The notes beneath the pieces are model-generated. The model searched no databases. It worked only from the letters and a program-made list of their open reading frames with translations, and was not told the origin of the DNA. This document shows positions 1-13,300 of a stretch of DNA of 64,000 nt, piece after piece. Within the stretch, counting starts at the first letter, position 1. Each line of letters opens with the position of its first letter. The translations under genes were made by a program, and so were the position numbers. The stretch covers positions 68,769 to 132,768 of the forward strand of contig NIVC01002396.1 in assembly GCA_002269645.1 (NCBI GenBank), given 5' to 3'. The DNA comes from Macrostomum lignano. Lineage: Eukaryota.

Positions 1-395
1 AAACAACAGATCTAGCTTCTCTTCAGATTAAAAAAGCATGTGTGGGATGTGTGGTACAGTTATCATTATCAAGGCTTGGGTATGATCTTAATGATGTGAT
101 TGTGTATAATTTTTGAAGACATTATCGATAGAGATATTAGCAGGAAGAACTTTACTTTGTTGCTAAAAGTTGCACTTCAGGAAACTTATGAAGGCTACAT
201 AATTACTTCATTAGACCATTTTTGTTAAAATGGGTGAAACCTGAAAACAAATGACATTTTAAATTGGAGCAGCCTGAGTTCTCTTCAAACTAGGAATGTT
301 CATCTATTCAATTTCTTTTCGATTTGAGTGTTAATTCCATGCCTAGCTAGCTTTATATTTGCTATATTATTTGCTTTTTATCTGCTATATGAAAA

Positions 396-3300
396 ATGAA
401 GTTGCATTTTGCAGTAATTGGAGTTGTGTTTGCTATAGCAACTGTAAGTGATGGCGCTTTTGTCCCCTACAAAACGGCAGTATTCAACCAGAAAATTGAC
501 CACTTTGTATACAGTGCAGCTTCTGGAAAGGGTTTTAAAAATAACCCTAGGTTTCCACAACGATATTTGTATACAGGTAAGAAAATATGGCTGGAAAAAT
601 TTATTAAACTCTGCTGTGTACTTGTACTTGTATTCACACTCAATATTAGGCCTAGTAATAATATTTCTTATAAGTTATAATAACAATAATAATATTAAGA
701 TATCTTAATAATTATTAAATATTAAAACACCACTATACTAAAATGGGTTGTGCTGTCTATCTAGGATATCTAGGTAGGTATATGTATAGTTTTAGAAAAA
801 AGCCTAACCAATTTTTATGAAACTTGCACCCTTTGATAAGAAATTTACCAATATGAATTAAAGTTAAGCCTAATATGCAATAGGCCTACATAATTTAAAA
901 AAGTAAATACTCTAATATATTAGAAATATCTACTTATATATTATTATAAATAATATGAAATTTATTTTAAGTCTTAAGATATTCTAATAAAATATAAATA
1001 TATATAGGCCTATTCTTATATAGTTATAACTGCTATGCTAATAAGCCTATTTATAATTTTAGGAATATTTATTATAAAAGAATTCTTCAATATAAATATA
1101 TTGTATAAGTACAGATCTAAAGTCTAAAGTAAAGAACAGAAGGGTACAAGTCTATACTCAATGTTTTTGAATTAATACTATAAGTTGGATTACCATTGGT
1201 ATTTGTTATGATATAAAGTTTTGTTAAAAACTGCAGCTATAAAAGAAGTCACAAACTCCTTGGTCATATAGATATATTAATAATATTGAATTATTTGTTG
1301 AATATTGAAGTTATTCTATATTTTATTTTTTAGGGATAGGTTGGATACTCAGATAGCTATCTTTTTTCTAGTTGTATTCTTTAAGGTAATATAAATGAAT
1401 AACTTAACTTTTAGCATTAATCTAGTGGCATATAATATTTTATATTATTAACTTTAGGTATTAAAATCCCAAGCTTAATAATAATATAATACAACTTCTA
1501 ATTTATAGAGAATTTTTTTCAAAAGTAAACTTTCCTTAATAAAAAAAATGACTAATTCTTCTATTTCAGACAAGTTCTTTGACAAAGCCAAAGGTCCAAT
1601 CTTTTTCTACACTGGCAATGAAGGGCCCATTGAGGGTTTTTGGAACAATACTGGCTTTGTTCATGAGATTGCACCCAAATTTGGGGCCCTGGTTGTCTTT
1701 GCTGAGCATGTAAGCTTGTTAATTGATTATTAATTTTTTGTAAATGACAAGTTTTTATATATTTATATATTGGTAGCTTAACCATTGTAATTTTCTACAT
1801 ATTCGTATGTCCACTCTAACTGAACTTTTAATGCGCATATTGTTAAATTTTGATCTTATACTAGAGAAATTTTTAATTAGACAGTATATATCTATAACAT
1901 AGTAGGTAATTTTATTAGTAGGCCCAGAGGCCAATAATATAAAGAAGTAAAAAACGTAAGTTGCATTTTGTCAGTTTGGAAAAAAACAATTTTTTGTTTG
2001 TTTCTGGACTTTCAACATAGGATAGGGATGAGAATGGTGAGAGTGAGAGATAGAAAAAGATAAAGAAGGTGGAGTGAAAGGCCAGGGCCAGATGCAATGC
2101 TAGATCATTGAGGGCCTTTGGGGCCAGATAGGAATGCTATGGGGACTGGATCTGGCCCTGGGGCCAGAGGTTGCTGACCCCTGCTCTAATTGATAACTAT
2201 ATTCAGGGGAATTTCTATACACATCGTTATATATTGTTGTTTAAACTAGAGAAAATTTCGATACATTTCAGTGTTAGTTTCACTTGGCCAGCTTTCGATA
2301 CATATCGGTAGATAGGTAGTTTCAGTTGGCCAGCTTTCGATACATATCGGTAGATAGGTAGTTTCAGTTGGCCAGCTTTCGATACATATCGGTAGATAGG
2401 TAGTTTTACTTGGCCAGCTTTCGATACATATCGGTAGATAGGTAGTTTCACAAGGCCAGCTTTCGATACATATCGGTAGATAGGTAGTTTCACTTGGCCA
2501 GCTTTCGATACATATCGGTAGATAGGTAGTTTCACTTGGCCAGCTTTCGATACATATCGGTAGATAGGTAGTTTCACAAGGCCAGCTTTCGATACATATC
2601 GGTAGATAGGTAGTTTTACTTGGCCAGCTTTCGATACATATCGGTAGATAGGTAGTTTCACTTGGCCAGCTTTCAATACATATCGGTAGATAGGTAGTTT
2701 CACTTGGCCAGCTTTCAATACATATCGGTAGATAGGTAGTTTCACTTGGCCAGCTTTCGATACATATCGGTAGATAGGTAGTTTCACAAGGGCAGCTTTC
2801 GATACATATCGGTAGAGATATTTCCACTAGGGCAGCTTTCGACACACATCGGTAAATAGGGAAGCTTTCGATACATATCGGTAAATAGGTAGCTTCACTA
2901 CTAGGCAGCTTTTGATGCATATCGATATGCCTGAGGTGTCAATTAGTTGAAATTCAAACTGTAATCTATTCTAACTTTTTTAGAACTGTTTATCTCGGTA
3001 TTTGGTTGAATATTAATTTTTATCAGAAGTTCTACCAGGCACAGCTGGTCAGCTAATCAGTCACCCCCGCCACCCAAGACTTTTGTAAACTGTATGCAGC
3101 TATGTACATATGTAGTAGGGTCTGTGTAAAGCTGCTATCTTCAATATACAGTAAACAGGAGCTATGGTTTTGGTTATCTGTTAGCTTTTGAAAACTTGCC
3201 TTTCTTAAAGGCACTTGCAGCTAGGTATATGATATTTGTGTATTCTCCTCGACCAATTTCGTATCTGTTTTCTCTCTGTAACTCTTACTCTTGCACCTAC

Positions 3301-5592
3301 TTTTGCTATTAGCTTGTAGTTAAGTTTCATGGGCATCTGGTACAAGGCAGGCACTTAGCACTTTGACCTGAGAGAGAGACTTATCGATTCTTTCTTTCAA
3401 AAGGTATATGATTTTTTGCCAAAGCTGCTAAGCAAGAATTTAATATGATCAGATTGAATATTTTCTGCAGACCATGTTGGGAAAACATCCTCTTTGAGGC
3501 GGAAGGCCTTTTTATTTCAATACATGGAATGGCAGCGAAGAGTTTTGTGCTGCTTTGCGCATATATTTATATTTACAAACAACGCGAGATTGAGGGGCCT
3601 AGGGAGGTGCAAAAAGGTGGCGTGGCGTGATAGGCTACACCAACCCCCCCGGCTTAGCGAGACGGCTAGCATGGCGCGCACCCACCCCACCTCAGCTAGA
3701 CAGAGGTTGGAGGGTTTCCAGTGCGGCTGCACTGGTGCTGCCGGTCGCGTACAGTCTGGCCGCCACACTCTACTCTATGACCCAAGTGGAAGCAGATTCT
3801 CTATGACCCAAATGAAAGCAGATCCTCTATGACCCAAGTGGAAGCAGATCCTCTATGACCCATGTGGAAGCAGATTCTCTATGACCCAAGTGGAAGCAGA
3901 TTCTCTATGACCGAAATGGAAGCAGATCCTCTATGACCCAAATGGAAGCAGATCCTCTATGACCCAAATGGAAGCAGATTCTCTATAACCCAAGTGGAAG
4001 CAGATTCTCTATAACCCAAGTGGAAGCAGATTCTCTATAACCCAAGTGGAAGCAGATTCTCTATAACCCAAGTGGAAGCAGATCCTCTATAACCCAAGTG
4101 GAAACAGATCATCTATGACCCAAGTGGAAGCAGATCCTCTATGACCCAAGTGGAAGCAGATCCTCTATGACCTAAGTGGAAACAGATCCTCTATGACCCA
4201 AGTGGAAACAGATCATCTATGACCCAAGTGGAAGCAGATCCTCTATGACCCAAGTGGAAGCAGATCCTCTATGACCCAAGTGGAAGCAGATCCTCTATGA
4301 CCTAAGTGGAAACAGATCCTCTATGACTTAAGTGGAAACAGATCCTCTATGACCTAAGTGGAAACAGATCCTCTATGACCTAAGTGGAAACAGATCCTCT
4401 ATGACCCAAGTGGAAACAGATCCTCTATGACCTAAGTGGAAACAGATCCTCTATGACCTAAGTGGAAACAGATCCTCTATGACCTAAGTGGAAACAGATC
4501 CTCTATGACCCAAGTGGAAACAGATCATCTATGACCCAAGTGGAAGCAGATCATCTATGACCCAAGTGGAAGCAGATCCTCTATGACCCAAGTGGAAGCA
4601 GATCCTCTATGACCTAAGTGGAAACAGATCCTCTATGACTTAAGTGGAAACAGATCCTCTATGACTTAAATGGAAACAGATCCTCTATGACCCAAGTGGA
4701 CGCAGATCCTCTATGACCCAAGTGGAAGCAGATCCTCTATAACTTAAGTGGAAACAGATCCTCTATGACTTAAGTGGAAACAGATCCTCTATGACCCAAG
4801 TGGAAACAGATCCTCTATGACCCAAGTGGAAACAGATCATCTATGACCCAAGTGGAAGCAGATCCTCTATGACCCAAGTGGAAGCAGATCCTCTATGACC
4901 TAAGTGGAAACAGATCCTCTATGACTTAAGTGGAAACAGATCCTCTATGACTTAAATGGAAACAGATCCTCTATGACCCAAGTGGACGCAGATCCTCTAT
5001 GACCCAAGTGGAAGCAGATCCTCTATGACCCAAGTGGAAACAGATCCTCTATGACTTAAGTGGAAACAGATCCTCTATGACTTAGTGGAAACAGATCCTA
5101 TATGACTTAAGTGGAAACAGATCCTCTATGACTTAAGTGGAAACAGATCCTATGACTTAAGTGGAAACAGATCCTCTATGACTTAAGTGGAAACAGATCC
5201 TCTATGACTTAAGTGGAAACAGATCCTCTATGACTTAAGTGGAAACAGATCCTCTATGAAGATTTTCTACGAGCCTTAAGGAGAGACCTTATGAGAAATT
5301 ACGTAGCCTAGTTTCAGTGCGCAGCTGTGCAATTTTTTTTGCTAATCCTTTTCAACAGAGGTACTACGGCCAATCTCTGCCATTCGGCAATGACAGCTTC
5401 AAGCAGGAGAACCTGCAGTATCTGACCATTGAACAGGCCATGGCAGACTTTGCCGTGCTGATCCACGTGCTGCGGAATTATGTGTTCAATATTCCTGACC
5501 GGCCTGTCATTGCCTTTGGCGGCAGGTATTGATGGGCTATTCTGGTTGTGTCTGTCTGCCTGTCTGTCTGCCTGTCTGTCTGTCTGCCTGCC

Positions 5593-5631
<39 letters not shown>

Positions 5632-8574
5632 GTTTGTCTGTCTGTCTATCTGTTTGTCTGTCTGTGTTTGTCTGTCTGTACACGAGCATCTAACCTATCT
5701 GCTCACCTGCACACCCCGCAGCTACGGCGGCATGCTGACCCAGTACATGCGCTTCAAGTACCCGAACCTAATCGAGGGCGGTATCGTTGGCAGCGCGCCA
5801 TTCTACTGGATAGCCAACATCACGGACACCCATCCGGAGACATTCTTTGCCGATATTACAAATGTTTGTTTACGCAATACCTGACTGTATATTCGGTTTA
5901 TACTACTTACCATTCCATATTGCAGATAAAGTGAGTAGCCAGTATAGTAAATGATATCTGTTATCATTTCCAGGTCTACGCCGGGGCAAACGCCAAATGC
6001 CCTACTATTGTTCGCTCCGGGTTCGCCCGGATTCGATCTCTCGTTGAGAGCGGTCAATCCGGTGCGTTTATTACTATTATTTACTGATGTAGTAGCGAGT
6101 AAAGATACGGTATCAGTAGGGAATTAGTGCGGCAGATAAATGAGCTGATGTATGAATTTGGGAATGGTTTAAAATTCCTGTAAAATTTTACATTTTCAGG
6201 TATGCAACAGGTGAGCAAAGCGTTCAACCTTTGCAAGCCGATTCAGAACCAGACTGACGTGCGCCAGCTGTACGGTTGGGCTCGGAACGCCTTCGTCCTC
6301 ATGGCCATGGGAGATTATCCCTATCCGACCGAGTTTATGGCCCCTCTACCCGCCTGGCCTGTTAATGTGAGCGGCCTAAGCGCTTCGTTTTTAAATAAGC
6401 TTTACTAGCAGTTTTCAAGCGTTTCTCCGATTAGTGGAAATGCAGCTAGCTTAAATTTTATTTTTGCGATTCATTCAAATTTTCTGTCACTTTTACTGTT
6501 AGTAGAATAGTTAGGATTATTCGTTTTTACGAATTCTTTATTTTCTGCTATTTCTACCGTTAGTAGAATAATTAGGATTTTGTTTTCACGAATTTTTATA
6601 TATCTGGTATTTTTACTGTTAGTAGAATAATTAGCATTTTGTTTTTACGATTTAATTTTTACGAAATAATATCCATCATCTATCATCTTGTATCGACTAC
6701 TAACAGAGTAGTTTAGATTGTATTTTACTAATTGTTTTCATTTCATTTCTAGGCTTCCTGTTCGGCTATGCTGAAGGCCGGCGACAGCGTTAGCGCTCTC
6801 AAAGCCGCCGTTGGTAAGTTGCTGGATCTCACATGTACATGTCTCTAATCTCACATGTACATGTCTCTCATCTCACGTGTACATATCTCTGATATCTCAT
6901 CTATCATGAATGTCTCTAATCTGACGTCTACATGTTTTTTCATCTTACATCTACATTTCTCTAATCTTAAATCTATAATACATGTCTCTAATCTAAAATC
7001 TATAAGCATGTCTCTAATCTCAAATCTATCAAGCATGTCTCTAATCTCAAATCTATCAAGCATGTCTCTAATCTCAAATCTATCAAGCATGTCTCTAATC
7101 TCAAATCTATCAAGCATGTCTCTAATCTAAAATCTATCAAGTATGTCTCTAATCTCAAATCTATCAAGCATGTCTCTATTCTCAAATCTATCATAACATG
7201 TTTCTAATCTCACATCTATCAAGCATATCTCTAATCTCACATCTATCAAGCATATCTCTAATCTCACATCTATCAAGCATGTCTCTAATCTCACATCTAT
7301 CAAGCATGTCTCTAATCTCACATCTATCAAGCATGTCTCTAATCTCACATCTACCCGTGAACTCCCGCAGAGTTTGTATACCAGCTGCCAGCCGGGCAGT
7401 GCCACGACATCTATCAGGAGTACGTGTTCTGCGCCGACCCCACGGGCTGCGGCACCGGCCCCGAGAGTTTGGCCTGGGATTTTCAGGCCTGCACGGAGAT
7501 GCACCTGCCCTACGGTAGCGACAATGTTACCGATATGTTCCCGCCTTTGGCGTTCACGCCAGAGAGTTTAGTGGCCTATTGCAAGGACAAGTATAACGTT
7601 GAAACAGACGTTGAATGGCTCGGCGTGCTCATGTGGGGCGATAGAATACACACGGCTAGCAACCTGGTGTTTAGCAATGGCGACCTGGACCCCTGGCACA
7701 ATGGCGGAGTGAGCTGGCATTGGGGTGCTTTGATCCCACACCCGACTATTCTGATACCACACCCGACTAATCCGATACCACACCCAGCTAATCTGATCCC
7801 ACACCCGACTATTCTGATACCACACCCGACTAATCTGATCCCACACCCGACTAATCCGATCCCACACCTGACTAATCCGATCCCACACCTGACTAATCCG
7901 ATCCCACACCTGACTAATCCGATCCCACACCTGACTAATCGGATCCCACATCTGACTAATCGGATCCCACATCTGACTAATCGGATCCCACACCTGACTA
8001 ATCGGATCCCACACCCGACTAATCCGATCCCACACCCGAATAATCCGATCCCACACCTGATATATCCAATCCCACACCTGATATATCCAATCTATTCATT
8101 GTTAACCAAGCATTTTGCACACTATAATCGATTTATAACTAAATTTATCCCCATATGTCTTTCATCTTGCAGCTGCTGAAAAGCATTCCGAACAGTAAAG
8201 ATTTGGTTGCTGTGAGAATCCCTAATGGCGCTCACCATCTGGATCTCAGGTGAGGGCTAATTAATCATAGTTATACGTTGGATAAGCTAAATAAATTGGC
8301 TAGCTTCAACGCAAAATAATTTAGGCAATGCTTCGTAACCATGGCAACTAGCTATCACAATATCTTTACACGCCGCAGGGGTTCGAACCCGGCCGACCCA
8401 CCGGATGTTATCCGGGCTCGCCAGACTCACGTGAGCTACATTAAGAAGTGGCTTACTAACTATGAGAATAGGCAGGGTAGGGCTAACCCGGCCTCGGTGG
8501 GCGAGCAGCACGATCTGATGGAGGAGCGGCAGCTGGACAGCTATCTGCACTACGGCCAGTTCGATCGGCTGTAG
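396..8574 (+). CDS. DPP7: Dipeptidyl peptidase 2 / DPP7 (serine peptidase family S28), 10 coding exons, ~518 aa
   Basis: Exons 396-576, 1570-1709, 5359-5525, 5722-5863, 5974-6061, 6200-6366, 6753-6813, 7371-7708, 8173-8249, 8379-8574; all GT-AG and phase-compatible (1557 nt). Hydrophobic signal peptide; FYTGNEG; EHRYYG; catalytic GGSYGG, NGDLDPW and GAHHLDLR. CADPTGCGTGP..AWDFQACTE favours DPP7 over PRCP. Confidence 0.93.
2275..2910. repeat. 42-bp minisatellite (~15 copies), DPP7 intron 2
   Basis: Unit TTTCACTTGGCCAGCTTTCGATACATATCGGTAGATAGGTAG, head to tail. Confidence 0.95.
3770..5258. repeat. 26-bp minisatellite (>50 copies), DPP7 intron 2
   Basis: Unit CTCTATGACCCAAGTGGAAGCAGATC with point variants. 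Confidence 0.95.
5545..5680. repeat. (CTGT)n microsatellite, DPP7 intron 3
   Basis: Direct inspection. Confidence 0.9.
6835..7352. repeat. 27-bp minisatellite, DPP7 intron 7
   Basis: Unit ATGTCTCTAATCTCAAATCTATCAAGC. Confidence 0.92.
7730..8090. repeat. 21-bp minisatellite, DPP7 intron 8
   Basis: Unit ATCCCACACCTGACTAATCCG. Confidence 0.92.
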
Positions 8575-8807
8575 AATTCACCAACCATGCTATGATCGAT
8601 CGAGTGCAAAACCAAAAAGGAAATAAAGACAGTTTAATAGTTTAATTTGCTTTACTTTATTATTACCAATAAAATGTTTAAGTATTTTCAAGCAATATTC
8701 CGGTGATTATTCAGCGCGAAATTCCCCGCTTTATCTATGTTATCGACTTTATCTTCTTCTATTAGATATACAATAATTATCAAATTACTTTTATTCTACT
8801 TGTATTT

Positions 8808-9125
8808 TCAGTAGCAAGCAAAGAAATAAGCAGCTATTTTCTGCTCGGGAAAGTTTGTTAGAGTGGTCAAATCACTCACGTGACACATTTCGTTATAAGC
8901 GGAGGAACAAATGTACATAGAAAGGCGACTGATAATGTACATAGCTGTTAAACTACCCTTTCTCCCCAGCCAGCCAGGGCGCGGCGCGATAGGGGCAATA
9001 AAATGGGGGGGGCAGAAAAACGACAGGGGTGCAGGGCTCGCGTGGAATTGCAAATAAATGAGCTAATAAGAATTCGGGAGAGGGAGGAAGAGTAGATCAT
9101 ACTACTGAGTTGATAGTAGCTTAAG
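8808..9125 (+). repeat. Unclassified ~300-bp interspersed repeat, copy 1
   Basis: Shares TCACGTGACACA, GATAATGTACAT, CCAG(G)..GCG..GCGAT.GGGG.AA and TACTACTG..GATA.TA.CTT blocks, in the same order, with ~11955-12215 (-) and ~59913-60197 (+). Confidence 0.7.
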
Positions 9126-9595
9126 ATCAGATGCGGCCGATATCTGCTTATTTCATTGATTATTATTGATTTAATCATTTTCTACTGCTCAACCTATCAA
9201 GTGATGTTTTTTACTCAAGCTAATTACTCAAGATTCTCAATATTAATTCAACCCGCCTTTATTGGTTAGATGAAATTTGCTGAATTCATCTAACCAATTG
9301 CTGAGTTAACTTCCAAGTTGAAGACTATTAGGAAAACTTTTGGCAAATGGCTTCAATTTTTTCAGTTATTCAATTTTCAGATACGATCGATGGTGGTAAG
9401 AGCTTGAATTCACTAAAGGCATCTGATAGCTAATCTGCATGTTCATTTTGGTACCTCGATCAATCTCATTTCAAAACTTAATAATCAAAATTAATCAAAT
9501 ATGGTTTGCAGGCAAGGATTACTAATAGTAGGCAGGGGTAGGGAGGCAGGGGCTGTGTGTACCCTAGCGCACTTTAAGCTGACCCCCCCCTGAGC

Positions 9596-9877
9596 AGGCA
9601 CACCAGCGCGCGGATACGTACGCAGTCATACGCACAGGCACACACACAGGAGTGTACAGCGGCCATAACTTTATTTATCGTTAGGCATGTACACTTTACT
9701 GTGTCTTTGGGGTTAGCCTTCAAGAGCGTTAAGTACACGAGCAGAGCCAAGCCAAGATTCCAATTCAGCCCCAAAAATTAATGGAACTTAATGGAACCAA
9801 ATTAATGCACTTGGAATCGAACCTGGGCCGCTGGCACATCAGAGCGCCCTGCTGAACCACTACGCTACGGCCCCCTC
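9596..9877 (-). mobile_element. tRNA-derived SINE, copy 2
   Basis: Minus strand reads TAGCGTAGTGG...GGTTCGATTCCAAGTGCA, then shares GGCTTGGCTCTGCTCGTG, TTAACGCTCTTGAAGGC and GTATGACTGCGTACGTATCCGCGCGCT with copy 1. Confidence 0.75.
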
Positions 9878-10374
9878 AGCTGACGTCCTTGTATTAAGTT
9901 GTATTAAGTAACTTGTATTAAGCAACGAGAGCTACTTCTATTGCACATAGCAACACGATGAAACGTTCTTCATCAATCAATTTATCCTACTGATGACAAA
10001 GCTCTAGAAATGACTTCGACAGATAGAATTTACAGATGGTTTCTTGTGGCATGCAGGATGCAGCAGAGCTGTAGATCAGGGCGTAAGGGTTTCGAACAGG
10101 AAGGAGTCAAATCAGCAATTTGATGGTCCTCATGACAACCTCAGTAATGCATATATTTTGGCATTGATTTGGAAACCTTTTTATCCTTTCACAAGCTTGT
10201 TTATAATTCAAGTAATCAGAACAAGCAACCATGGTTCGATCGGCCTTGATATAAAGATTTTGTATTTAAGATCTAAACATCTGATGTAAGTAAAGCTACT
10301 TCTGCGCTACAAGTCTTCTATATATAAGTGATCTGAAATCCAGAAAAGTTTTAGCAAAGCTTGCAGAAATCCTT

Positions 10375-13300
10375 CTAAGACTTTTTAAACTTTCGACTTC
10401 GCTTTAATGTAGGCTGCTTTTTCTTGTCAGTAATTTGCTGCTGGCTTGAAGCAATCGGCTCGAGTTTGAGCTTGGCCGCCACCTGCGGCTGCTGCTCAAC
10501 CGACATCGGCGGCTGATCGTCGTTCAAGGCGTCAGACAAAGACAGTCGGCGTAGCTGCCAGCTCACCGTGGCTGCGGCGGCCGCCGCTGCGGTGCCTTCG
10601 CCTAGAATCTCGCGATGATAGACGGTCAGGCGGCGTTGAGCGTTCTCTTCCCGGGCCTTCTTCTCGCGCTCGCGCCGCCTGTGCTGGCGGATGCCGTCGC
10701 TGAAATTTCTGAGGTTGGGTGGCGTGGCGGGTTAAACACTGATGGGGTGGCGGGTGAAACACTGATGGGGTGGCGTGTGAAACACACTGATGGGGTGGCG
10801 GGTGAAACAGAATGATGGGGTGGCGGGTGAAACAGACTGATGAGGTGGCGTGTGAAACAGAATGATGGGGTGGCGGGTGAAACAGAATGATGGCGTGGCG
10901 TGTGAAACAGACTGATGGGGTGGCAGGTGAAAAAGACTGATGGCGTGGCGTGTGAAACAGACTGATGGGGTGGCGGGTGAAACAGACTGATGAGGTGGCG
11001 TGTGAAACAGAATGATGGGGTGGCGGGTGAAACAGAATGATGGGGTGGCGGGTGAAACAGAATGATGGGGTGGCAGGTGAAAAAGACTGATGGCGTGGCG
11101 TGTGAAACAGACTGATGGGGTGGCGGGTGAAACAGACTGATGAGGTGGCGTGTGAAACAGAATGATAGGGTGGCGGGTGAAACAGAATGATGGCGTGGCG
11201 TGTGAAACAGACTGATGGGGTGGCAGGTGAAAAAGACTGATGGCGTGGCGTGTGAAACAGACTGATGGGGTGGCGGGTGAAACAGACTGATGAGGTGGCG
11301 TGTGAAACAGAATGATGGGGTGGCGGGTGAAACAGACTGATGAGGTGGCGTGTGAAACAGAATGATGGGGTGGCGTGTGAAACAGAATGATGGGGTGGCG
11401 GGTGAAACAGACTGATGAGGTGGCGTGTGAAACAGAATGATGGGGTGGCGGGTGAAACAGAATGATGGCGTGGCGTGTGAAACAGACTGATGGGGTGGCA
11501 GGTGAAAAAGACTGATGGCGTGGCGTGTGAAACAGACTGATGGGGTGGCGGGTGAAACAGACTGATGGGGTGGCGGGTGAAACAGACTGATGAGGTGGCG
11601 TGTGAAACAGAATGATGGGGTGGCGGGTGAAACAAACTGATGAGTGGCGGGTGAAACACTGTGAGGCGATAAGCTATAGGACCTGGGTGACTGATAGGTC
11701 TGGGTGTAAGTAACATTGTAAGCAAGTACATTCACTTACTTAAAATTGATGTCGGCAATTGTTCCCGCGCCAGTCTGCTTCTGCTGTTGCTGCTGGTTCT
11801 GCTGGGCAGTACTGTTGCCAGCATTAATCTGCTGAGCGATCTCTGCCATCTCGTCCATGGACAGGCTGATTCCGGCTCTCTGGGTGAAGTTGCGATTTTT
11901 GAAATAAATTAACACTTCATCCGACACAGTGCGCATTGAATTGAATATGCTCAATAAAGTTACTATCAAGACAGTAGTACGCTCGTATGATCCCTCATCG
12001 TTCCCGACGCGGCATTCTCAAACTCTGCGCCTTCGTCGCTTCTCTGGGGACGTTTCACAACCTCAAATCTCAGGAAGCAGTACTAGAAAGTTTTTGGTTT
12101 CTAGTATTTTTTTGCCCCATCGCTCGCGTCCTGGATGGCTGGGGTGGGTTTAAGCTTCCATGTACATTATCAGCCAAAGTGGCCAATGTACATTGTGTCA
12201 CGTGATTAACTGTTGATGCAAGCGTACATAGTCCGCATAGTGTGTGGGCGCGGATAGGGCATTTTATGGTGGAGGACAGAGCCTAAGAACACAGAACGAG
12301 AGGCAATTGCTAACTATACTAACTAGTGATTATAATTCTTAAGATGAAGTTTTCTTTACATATACTACTTTTAGGCTAGTAGAGTAACTGTGGCTAAAAA
12401 TGAAGTTAGAAAACACACTATACAACTGGATTCCTAAGCTTGTATCAGGAAGTAAAGAGGGATCGTAGCCTAGTGGTCAAGCACGGCGCTGTGATGTGCC
12501 AGCAGCCCAGGTTCGATTCCAAGTGCAGTCGCATTAGTTTGGGGCTAAATTGAAATCTCGGCTTGGCTCTGCTCGTGCAGTTAACGCTCTTGAAGGCCAA
12601 TAAGGAACAGGGAAGTGTACATGCCCAACGATAAATTAATTAAGTTAGGGCTGCTGTACACTCCTGTGTGAGTGTGTGCCTGTGCGTATGACTGCGTACG
12701 TATCCGCGCGCTTGTGTGCCTATTTGGGTAACGTATTTTTAAGATAGATTGGACTTTAGGTAAATTAACTTCTAGTGGTCCTGCAATAACAGCCGATTCA
12801 CCTTCAGCCTGTCGATGAACTCCTCCCGGTTCATCTGCATGGCCAGGTCTTTGTCGAACGAGCGGAACAGCTCCAGCGGCCGGAGGTGGTAGCGCTGCAT
12901 GTAGCCAATGACCTCGGCCATGGGGTCCTTGGCGTCGGGCTCGTTCCGGCAGCCGAACAGATCGTGCGATGACAGGACGCCGTCGTGTTGGCAGCTGAAC
13001 TCGCGCCCTGCGCCGATGGTCTGGGAGAGCAGCTCGAAGTCCGGCGTGACTTTGTTGCCCTGGATATGGGATGGATAAAATCATTCGTTTTGAGGGGGGC
13101 GGAACTAAAAGGTTGGCAGTACATGTAGCTTTGGCGCCCCTGGTGCTGGCGCCCCTGGCGCCCCTGGTGCTGGCGCCCCTGGTGCTGGCGCCCCTGGTGC
13201 TGGCGCCCCTGGTGCTGGCGCCCCTGGTGCTGGCGCCCCTGGTGCTGGCGCCCCTGGTGCTGGCGCCCCTGGTGCTGGCGCCCCTGGTGCTGGCGCCCCT

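Noticed and set aside
2227-2920. Long ORFs with periodic peptides (KLPIYRYVSKAGQV; also GAPAP at 13105-13728, SPSPVSLSCLPLL at 14182-15420, SEESEV at 17022-17489, IRIQSGA at 47439-48308, and others)
   Set aside because: They are translations of intronic tandem repeats. They lie between well-supported GT-AG exon boundaries and are often open in several frames and on both strands.
3770-5258. CRISPR-like appearance of the 26-50-bp arrays
   Set aside because: Units are head to tail with no unique spacers, there are no cas genes, and the context is eukaryotic introns.
12459-12535. Possible tRNA gene (His-like) and its inverted copy near 9800-9877
   Set aside because: T-stem and acceptor stem do not pair, the anticodon region differs between copies, and homology continues ~200 bp downstream; this is a SINE head.
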